From positions 1-30,059 of the IMG/VR virus record IMGVR_UViG_3300045988_074572: a stretch of 30,059 nucleotides of DNA. One strand, 5' to 3'. The position numbers and the translations under genes are program-made. Origin of the DNA: a virus. The notes under the pieces were generated by a model that was given only the letters and a program-made list of their open reading frames with translations, did no database searches and was not told the origin of the DNA. Position 1 is the stretch's first letter. Each line of letters starts with the position of its first letter. Shown here piece by piece: positions 24,328 to 30,059 of this stretch.

Positions 24328-24668
24328 AGCTCATCATCTTCATCTTCTTCGTGTAAAGCACCGCCTAACGATACAATCACCTTAATCAGTGCTTGAGTTG
24401 TGTTGTTGGCTTGTTGGCAAGTCTTATTGTACGTTGTAACTGCAGGACTAACATACATATTTTCTCTACCCTTAACATATTCCTTTGTACAAACAACACC
24501 ATCTTCTTCAATTTTCTTTTCCAAGCTTGTCAGAATATCAATCTGTGTTTCCAGCCTTTTCAAAGTGCTCGCAAACAAGAAATTATCAACATATCCTTGT
24601 CGCTCCGCATCTTTTTTAAAATTATCCAAACTTTTCTTTAGATCAATAGACTTGTTCTCTTTTTTCAT
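24324..24668 (-). CDS. terS: Terminase small subunit (P27 family-like)
   Basis: 114 aa, directly upstream of and overlapping terL. It has an acidic C-terminus. Confidence 0.75.
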   Translation of the reverse strand: MKKENKSIDLKKSLDNFKKDAERQGYVDNFLFASTLKRLETQIDILTSLEKKIEEDGVVCTKEYVKGRENMYVSPAVTTYNKTCQQANNTTQALIKVIVSLGGALHEEDEDDEL

Positions 24669-24699
24669 TCCTTAATCACCACCTTGATTTCCAATTTTT

Positions 24700-24800
24700 T
24701 ACATGAATTAGAAGAATTTCTCGACAGGATTCGCTCGCCCCCGCTCTGAGGGGACTCAAATTTTAAACCAAATTTTTTACCCGGGGGTATTATGAAAAAA
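24700..24800. other. Candidate cos / packaging recognition region
   Basis: It is the only GC-rich island in an AT-rich intergenic gap between HNH and terS. It contains CGCTCGCCCCCGCTCTGAGGGGACTC (24732-24757) and the near-palindrome ACCCGGGGGT (24779-24788). Confidence 0.45.
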
Positions 24801-24848
24801 ATAATTTTTATTCATAAAACGGTTGAAACTGAATGTTCAATCAATGAA

Positions 24849-25214
24849 TCACCATCGTTCTTCTGTGATTAAATCCTTTTCCTTTTCGCTTTTTGATTTG
24901 AATTTTATATTCTTTTCTGGATGAACTTTGTTGTGACAATCGTTACATAAGCTAATCAATTGACGTTCGTTGTTGTTGTAGATTGATAAAGCTAAGCTTG
25001 GATTGTCACGCAAATGAATGATGTGATGAACTGTTTGAGCTTTAGTTATAATTCCATGTTGCTTACATAGTTGACATTCATTGTGGTCTAAGTGTAATAC
25101 TTCCTCACGTTTATGTCTCCAAAGTGCAGAATCATAGAACTTTTTACAAGCTACATCCCAATCATTTAAATCCTTGTGTTGATATAAATATTCAATCCAT
25201 TCTGAGTCTGTCAT
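24849..25214 (-). CDS. HNH endonuclease (packaging-associated)
   Basis: Sequence QTVHHIIHLRDNP...LISLCNDCHNKVH is present. The likely start is the ATG at 25214 (track start 25229). The HNH-cos-terS-terL arrangement is typical. Confidence 0.85.
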   Translation of the reverse strand: MTDSEWIEYLYQHKDLNDWDVACKKFYDSALWRHKREEVLHLDHNECQLCKQHGIITKAQTVHHIIHLRDNPSLALSIYNNNERQLISLCNDCHNKVHPEKNIKFKSKSEKEKDLITEERW

Positions 25215-25291
25215 ATGTATTCCTCTCAATCATGCACCTATGATTCTAGGCACATGAGCGAAAGGAAAACTTAAAAGAGACTCATATGTGA

Positions 25292-25322
25292 CAATAAAAG
25301 GGAGTATCTTTTTGATACCCCC
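25292..25322 (-). terminator. Rho-independent terminator at the early/late boundary
   Basis: Minus strand reads GGGGGUAUC-AAAAA-GAUACUCCC with one G-U pair, followed by UUUUAUUG. Confidence 0.7.
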
Positions 25323-25404
25323 TAAGTCGCATATTTTGTAAGAACTAAATTCTTACGTATCCATTATATCAAAGATTAAAGGGTACTTTAGTACGCTTTT
25401 TATT

Positions 25405-25887
25405 TTATATTTGTTTGATTTGTCGTTTAACTAATGATTTCATGTGTCTGTTTACGTTTGATATATGATATTGCATCTTCAATGATTCGTATGACTTGTT
25501 GTCAAAATAATCAAGAATAAATTGTACTTCATCGTTTTGTTTAAGCAATTCAAGATATGACATTGCTTTGCAAAGACTGTACCTCATCACTTGTAGCTCC
25601 TGGATTAATTCATCTTCATAATCGAACATGATTCCTTTTGAGTTAACTGGATACTTAGTGCCTGGTGATTTATATCTTGCGTCTTCATCAATCAACTTAC
25701 CTTCTTCATCTTTAACTTTGATTGTTATACGTTGCCAATTCAATGGACTTTTGTAATCATGCGATTCATTTGTTAATTGGTCAGATACTTTGTTTAACTT
25801 AATCTCAAGCTCAGTAATACGTGCAATATACCAATCAATATTGCGTATCTGCCTGATTACATACGATGCATCTTCATTTGATAGCAT
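25405..25887 (-). CDS. Putative late-gene transcriptional activator (ArpU/RinA-like, sigma region 4-like C-terminus)
   Basis: It is the last gene before the packaging module. The C-terminus (FILDYFDNKSYESLKMQYHISNVNRHMKSLVKRQIKQI) resembles a sigma-70 region 4 HTH. The likely start is the ATG at 25887, in a TAATG overlap. Confidence 0.4.
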   Translation of the reverse strand: MLSNEDASYVIRQIRNIDWYIARITELEIKLNKVSDQLTNESHDYKSPLNWQRITIKVKDEEGKLIDEDARYKSPGTKYPVNSKGIMFDYEDELIQELQVMRYSLCKAMSYLELLKQNDEVQFILDYFDNKSYESLKMQYHISNVNRHMKSLVKRQIKQI

Positions 25888-26114
25888 TAAATCCAACCTT
25901 TCAAACGATATGCAGATTCTAATTCATGCACATCAAGTTTATGATCTAAAAGATATTGTACTTCCGTTGACATATTTCTTTTAATAATTTGGTCCATCAA
26001 AAATATATCTTTCTTTTCGATATTGTTTTGATAACAAAGTCTGCCTAGCTCTTCAATTTGCTTCATTGATTGATGCGCATTTGAATATACACGAGCATCT
26101 GTTGTTAATGCCAT
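25887..26114 (-). CDS. Hypothetical early protein (75 aa)
   Basis: RBS AAGGAAG is present, and the gene is tightly packed on the same strand. Confidence 0.6.
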   Translation of the reverse strand: MALTTDARVYSNAHQSMKQIEELGRLCYQNNIEKKDIFLMDQIIKRNMSTEVQYLLDHKLDVHELESAYRLKGWI

Positions 26115-26118
26115 TTAA

Positions 26119-26403
26119 TCACTTCCTTTTCTTTTTATTTTCGCTTACAACCGCAGAGCCACGATGCCAAGATTCATCACCAGTGTGGTATCTTCTTTCG
26201 TTTGCTCTTTCCTGATGTTTCTTATATTCTTTTAATCCACAATTTTCTCTTTCAAGTTTGACTATATATTCAATAATTTTGTTAAACCTTTGAATTAAAT
26301 CAAATGACTTTTCATTTGTTGTTTGATTATAAACGTAAGTGCCTACATTAATACAATTAATCTTTACTTGCGTATCATGGATATCATTAACTGTAGCTTC
26401 CAT
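26119..26403 (-). CDS. Hypothetical early protein (94 aa, basic C-terminus)
   Basis: The gene is packed on the same strand and begins immediately after the upstream stop. Confidence 0.6.
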   Translation of the reverse strand: MEATVNDIHDTQVKINCINVGTYVYNQTTNEKSFDLIQRFNKIIEYIVKLERENCGLKEYKKHQERANERRYHTGDESWHRGSAVVSENKKKRK

Positions 26404-26700
26404 TTATTCAACATCCTTTAAATAATCAAACTCTTTTAGCAGCTCATCTTTTGTTCGTTCAAATTCTGATTCAATTTGCTTTTGTACATCAATCTTAGTT
26501 TGTTTAAACCATTTCTTTTTGAATTTTCTGACTGTATCGCGATATCTTTCTTCACTACTATCACACGATTGCCACCACTCTAAATCATGCAGCACATCAA
26601 CTAAATCTTTCATCATGCTATTTAATTGCGAATCAAACATTCTATCAACGTATTCATCATTTATTCGACAATACATATAGTTATAACTTCCACCGCTCAT
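26404..26700 (-). CDS. Hypothetical early protein (98 aa)
   Basis: RBS AAGGAGA is present, with an ATGA overlap to the upstream gene. Confidence 0.6.
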   Translation of the reverse strand: MSGGSYNYMYCRINDEYVDRMFDSQLNSMMKDLVDVLHDLEWWQSCDSSEERYRDTVRKFKKKWFKQTKIDVQKQIESEFERTKDELLKEFDYLKDVE

Positions 26701-26930
26701 CGACTATTCTCCTTTACAAACTCAATTTGTTCTCTATCAACACAAAACCTAGCACCATCATTAAATTCAATGTCGTACAAATATCTAGTTGTGCCAACAA
26801 GCACACATATGTTTTGCTTGTGCGTAACATTACCAACTTGACCGATGTAATCTTCTTTGTGCTTACCAGTACTGCTAATCAATTCATTTTCGTATTTATC
26901 AACTAAATATAATAATCTAGCTTTACGCAT
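26697..26930 (-). CDS. Hypothetical early protein (77 aa)
   Basis: RBS GAGGT is present, with a TAATG overlap. Confidence 0.6.
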   Translation of the reverse strand: MRKARLLYLVDKYENELISSTGKHKEDYIGQVGNVTHKQNICVLVGTTRYLYDIEFNDGARFCVDREQIEFVKENSR

Positions 26931-27436
26931 TATTTGATTACCTCACAATTATCTAAGATTTCATGAATTGGGGTACTTGTATCAATGCCTTTAAAATGTC
27001 CTTTTCCATACATTTCAAGCAAAGTACCGTAATTTGAAATACACTGCCGCATTCCACTATTTTTATATGCATTCAATAAATCGTATTCGCATTGTGTTAA
27101 TTTGTATGTTGGCTTTTTGTATGGACTTGCCAACCATTCAAATCTTTTTTCTCCACAACAACTACATTTGAAATCGCATTCGTCACAATTTGTATCTTCA
27201 CATGGTTTAGGCTCGCCATTTACTACCGCTAAATTATATTTAACTTTTTGCACAATTTCATCTTTAAAATGTTCGTAATTAGTTTCTGCTTTTTCTTCAA
27301 AACACTCATTTACTAGTCCTGTAAGTAAATTTATATCTTCTTTGAATAAGTCCATCGCAAGCGTACAATTATCAGAATTGTAATATAATTCTTCCATTTG
27401 GCCTAAAGCATCTATATATTCTTGTTTTGTTGTCAT
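26930..27436 (-). CDS. Cys-rich hypothetical protein (CEDTNCDECDFKCSCCGEK cluster)
   Basis: The likely start is the ATG at 27436 (TAATG overlap); the track start at 27445 is a GTG. Confidence 0.6.
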   Translation of the reverse strand: MTTKQEYIDALGQMEELYYNSDNCTLAMDLFKEDINLLTGLVNECFEEKAETNYEHFKDEIVQKVKYNLAVVNGEPKPCEDTNCDECDFKCSCCGEKRFEWLASPYKKPTYKLTQCEYDLLNAYKNSGMRQCISNYGTLLEMYGKGHFKGIDTSTPIHEILDNCEVIK

Positions 27437-27663
27437 TAAATCCACCCCAATTCTTCTTTTTGTTTTTGAATGGCTTTTTTTACATTTTCATCAGGGATTT
27501 TTATTGCCATTCCACACGAGCAGTAACAAGTTTTTTTCTTTAAATCAAATGTGACAATTTCAATCGTCTGCCCTGTTAAATGACTAACTTTTTTGTAATA
27601 AATAGAGTGTTTAAAGTGTCTCCAGTTGTAACCTAACTCTAAAAACATGTCTTCTGCTGTCAC
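27436..27663 (-). CDS. Hypothetical early protein (75 aa)
   Basis: The GTG start overlaps the upstream stop (GTGA). Confidence 0.5.
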   Translation of the reverse strand: MTAEDMFLELGYNWRHFKHSIYYKKVSHLTGQTIEIVTFDLKKKTCYCSCGMAIKIPDENVKKAIQKQKEELGWI

Positions 27664-27944
27664 TCTTCTTCACTCCAATCTAATGCTTGCCCACAAGTTG
27701 GGCAAAATTTCATATTTGGATGTGCATTGTTAATATCACTCATCTGTCTATTACACGATGGACATCTTCGTGTATGCCTTGTAGCTACCAACTTTTTTGG
27801 GGTTGCTCTTTCAACAAATTCTTGTAATGTTTCGCATGAGCTATAATAAAAGTCTTGTAAATATCTCTGAGTGTGATATCCATCACCACTTTCATCTAAC
27901 ACTATATTTCTAATCTTGTTTAAAGCTTCTTGATATTTATTCAT
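27660..27944 (-). CDS. Zinc-ribbon protein (CPSC...CPTC)
   Basis: Sequence RRCPSCNRQMSDINNAHPNMKFCPTCGQAL is present. The likely start is the ATG at 27944; the track start is a TTG. Confidence 0.6.
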   Translation of the reverse strand: MNKYQEALNKIRNIVLDESGDGYHTQRYLQDFYYSSCETLQEFVERATPKKLVATRHTRRCPSCNRQMSDINNAHPNMKFCPTCGQALDWSEEE

Positions 27945-28119
27945 AGCCTTGTAACACCTCAATTCCTAACTTTTCATATTCTTCTTTAATTAATTCTTTG
28001 TAATCTTCATAACATTCATCAGAACTACAAGCGTCTTTAGCAGAATAATAAGTAATTTCTTCAATATCTTGATTTCTCAATAAATCAGAAAATAATTCAT
28101 CTAAATCTTTTTCTGTCAT
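27937..28119 (-). CDS. Small acidic hypothetical protein (60 aa)
   Basis: RBS AAAGGAGG precedes the ATG at 28119. The track start at 28149 is unlikely. Confidence 0.55.
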   Translation of the reverse strand: MTEKDLDELFSDLLRNQDIEEITYYSAKDACSSDECYEDYKELIKEEYEKLGIEVLQGYE

Positions 28120-28289
28120 TAAGAATAATCCTCCTTTGGCGGTAAGCATCTAACTACTAAACCACTTTGAATAAAATCTCTAATCATGTCTTCGTATTCT
28201 TCTTTTGTAAATTTATTCAAATCAATATCAAATGGTATAATTTTACATCCATATTTCCTATTTATTTCATGATATTCTTCAAATGTCAT
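28119..28289 (-). CDS. Unlisted 56-aa ORF (MTFEEYHEINRKYGCKIIPFDIDLNKFTKEEYEDMIRDFIQSGLVVRCLPPKEDYS)
   Basis: It fills the only minus-strand gap in the early operon. It has an ATGA overlap with the upstream stop and a TAATG overlap with the downstream start. Confidence 0.5.
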   Translation of the reverse strand: MTFEEYHEINRKYGCKIIPFDIDLNKFTKEEYEDMIRDFIQSGLVVRCLPPKEDYS

Positions 28290-28528
28290 ACCTCGACCTC
28301 CTCATCTTGTGGCATTTCAAAGACTTCATTGTATGGATATTCCAAGGATTCCTCGATAGCATCTAATACCTTTAAAGCTTTTTCTTTACTTGAATATTCG
28401 CCTAATTTGAAGCTTGTATTAGCATATTCTAAACTAATCAAACATTCATCAGGATATTCATTAATCATTATTCCGTTAGATGTATCAACATTCGTTAATA
28501 ACAATTTATCTTGACTTCTAATCCACAT
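28286..28528 (-). CDS. Hypothetical early protein (80 aa)
   Basis: The gene is packed on the same strand. Confidence 0.6.
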   Translation of the reverse strand: MWIRSQDKLLLTNVDTSNGIMINEYPDECLISLEYANTSFKLGEYSSKEKALKVLDAIEESLEYPYNEVFEMPQDEEVEV

Positions 28529-28529
28529 C

Positions 28530-29045
28530 TTAATACCCTTCTTTCAATCGTTGATAATTGATTTTGTTCTTATAACAATAACATTCATATACTTGCTCAA
28601 TTGTGAAACCTAAGTATTCTGAGATTGCAATTAATACCGGAATAATTGAACTTTCAAAAATAACTAAACGAGTTAATACTTTAGACAGATTACTTTTTTT
28701 ATTTCTTAACCTTTTTAACATTCCATCCGATAGTTCTTCCTCGTTTAAATAACTTAATCGTGCTTCTTCTCCGAAATTAAAATGATTCTGATAACTTAAC
28801 ACGAAATGCCAAACATCAACTAATTCTCCTAAAACCTTTTCTTTATCAACAGGAGATTGAGTCTTTTTCCACCAACACCAATTGTCTTTTAATTCGTGAG
28901 TTAATTCGCCTACTTCGTCCAAAATAGCCATTCGTAAATTCTCTTCATCAATTTCAGTCAATCCATATTCTTTCATAATTGCTTCATCTAACTTTGCTTG
29001 CATTTTAAGCATTTCTTTAATTAATTCATATTCTTTACTTGTCAT
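28530..29045 (-). CDS. Dimeric (all-alpha) dUTPase-like NTP pyrophosphatase
   Basis: Sequence MLKMQAKLDEAI...AILDEVGELTHELKDNWCWWKK...ELVDVWHFVLS fits the dUTPase_2 / MazG-like pattern. Confidence 0.65.
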   Translation of the reverse strand: MTSKEYELIKEMLKMQAKLDEAIMKEYGLTEIDEENLRMAILDEVGELTHELKDNWCWWKKTQSPVDKEKVLGELVDVWHFVLSYQNHFNFGEEARLSYLNEEELSDGMLKRLRNKKSNLSKVLTRLVIFESSIIPVLIAISEYLGFTIEQVYECYCYKNKINYQRLKEGY

Positions 29046-29466
29046 GTTTTTTGATCTCTCTTTCTGTATACAATTTATCTAATTTTTCTTTTACAATATC
29101 TTCTAATTCTTCACGTTCCATAACACTTTCAAAGCCTAATACACTGCGTTCTGTAATTAATTCCTTATACTTAGCTATATAATAGTCAGATTTAGATAAG
29201 TCCTCTTCATGTCCTTTATCTGAAGCTCTGTATCTATATTTCCATACATTGCACAAGCAGAAACAAGCAACTATATCTTTACCGAATACAGTTATCATTT
29301 CATCAATACACTCCATTGCTCCATCTCTGTTGTAATGTGCTGGATGATTTACCATGTCAACTTCATCATATGCTTTTAATTCTTTTGGCCTAAAACAGTC
29401 TTTTGCTTTTAAACGTGCATCTGTCCCTGGTGCGAATTGATGTTTGCATTCATTGCATTTACTCAT
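29035..29466 (-). CDS. DUF3310-family protein (T7 gp1.7-like nucleotide kinase fold)
   Basis: Sequence VNHPAHYNRDGAMECIDEM...CNVWKYRYRASDKGHEEDLSKSDYYI is present. RBS GAGGTG favours the ATG at 29466. Confidence 0.65.
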   Translation of the reverse strand: MSKCNECKHQFAPGTDARLKAKDCFRPKELKAYDEVDMVNHPAHYNRDGAMECIDEMITVFGKDIVACFCLCNVWKYRYRASDKGHEEDLSKSDYYIAKYKELITERSVLGFESVMEREELEDIVKEKLDKLYTEREIKKHDK

Positions 29467-29668
29467 TTTTATCACCTCTATGTAATTCTTTATAAGCTTG
29501 CTCACAACCTTCTCTAAAATGTTCAGTCATCTCTCTTTGATGCTTTCTTAATGTACTTTCATACCAAATATCACGTGTAGTATAAAGGACTGTATATACA
29601 ATCACTGATATAACAAACGCTATGCCTAATAAATATAGGCAATTAATAAATACTGTTTGTAAATTCAT
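29459..29668 (-). CDS. Small membrane protein (69 aa, one N-terminal TM)
   Basis: The sequence includes a hydrophobic segment (FINCLYLLGIAFVISVIVYTVLY). RBS GAGGTG is present, with an ATGA overlap. Confidence 0.55.
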   Translation of the reverse strand: MNLQTVFINCLYLLGIAFVISVIVYTVLYTTRDIWYESTLRKHQREMTEHFREGCEQAYKELHRGDKNE

Positions 29669-30009
29669 GCTTTCACCTCATCAAGAATTCCACTTTTCTG
29701 AATTGCAATTTCAATAAAACGACGTTCAACCATTCTATACGCTTGCAACTCATCCAATTCGCCTAACAGTCTATTAACTTTGCTTTGAAGTTTTTCTAGT
29801 CTGTCGTCATTAAATTGTGTTGCTGCATCACCTCGTAAAAGGTTATCAATAAATTCATTCTCTGCATGAATTACATCTTTTTTATCTTCATAACGTAAAC
29901 CATAAACTTTTTCTCTGTCTCGATAATCCAATAACTTATGATTGTTTTTTTCGACTCTTTTATCGAGATATGATTTCACATTTTCAACTGCTTTTTGTTT
30001 TGGGTTCAT
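29665..30009 (-). CDS. Hypothetical coiled-coil protein (114 aa)
   Basis: RBS AGGAG lies 7 nt before the ATG at 30009. Confidence 0.6.
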   Translation of the reverse strand: MNPKQKAVENVKSYLDKRVEKNNHKLLDYRDREKVYGLRYEDKKDVIHAENEFIDNLLRGDAATQFNDDRLEKLQSKVNRLLGELDELQAYRMVERRFIEIAIQKSGILDEVKA

Positions 30010-30059
30010 TTTTATTCTCCTTTCAATCTATGACACCTTTTTTGTAGTTCTAACTTCTT

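Noticed and set aside
25885-27450. The recurrent junction GG(T/G)TGGATTTAATG at two gene boundaries; both upstream proteins end in GWI.
   Set aside because: It is probably just a shared stop/start coupling motif with an RBS-like GGTGGA. It is too short to call a repeat element.
28167-28514. Plus-strand 115-aa ORF.
   Set aside because: It is antisense to two tightly coupled minus-strand genes, has a low-complexity Phe/Ile/Ser-rich translation and has no RBS.
1-30059. An alternative genetic code (TGA as Trp, Mollicutes-like), considered because of the very low GC.
   Set aside because: Long ORFs use TGG for Trp, and several genes end in TGA with coupled restarts (ATGA). The standard bacterial code fits.

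Overview
The window is the late and lysis arm, plus part of the early region, of a temperate siphovirus-type prophage in a low-GC host. The genetic code is standard: TGA is used as a stop and Trp is TGG. Position 1 lies inside a tRNA gene (1-61, terminator 73-97). Nearly everything from 1813 to 30009 is on the minus strand in classic order: small early genes (dimeric dUTPase-like, DUF3310-like, Zn-ribbon and Cys-rich proteins), a sigma region 4-like candidate late regulator, a terminator, HNH endonuclease, a GC-rich candidate cos region, TerS, TerL, portal, ClpP-type prohead protease, HK97-type major capsid, four head-tail connector proteins, major tail protein, G/GT chaperone pair with a -1 frameshift, tape measure, Dit, a 1518-aa Tal with a collagen-like run, a 620-aa receptor-binding protein (RBP), holin, a membrane coiled-coil protein and an amidase endolysin. 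The stand-out feature is at 4040-6084. A plus-strand tyrosine recombinase gene ends 2 nt before the first of four about 17-bp recombination-site-like repeats (core GTATGTC). These repeats delimit four alternative, in-frame, promoterless C-terminal cassettes of the RBP, each a tail-collar-type domain. Only one cassette is currently fused to the 530-aa constant part. I read this as a phage-borne multi-inversion shufflon for host-range switching, run by a tyrosine recombinase rather than a Gin/Cin-type serine invertase. No experiment or database search was possible. All family calls come from motif recognition in the translations.
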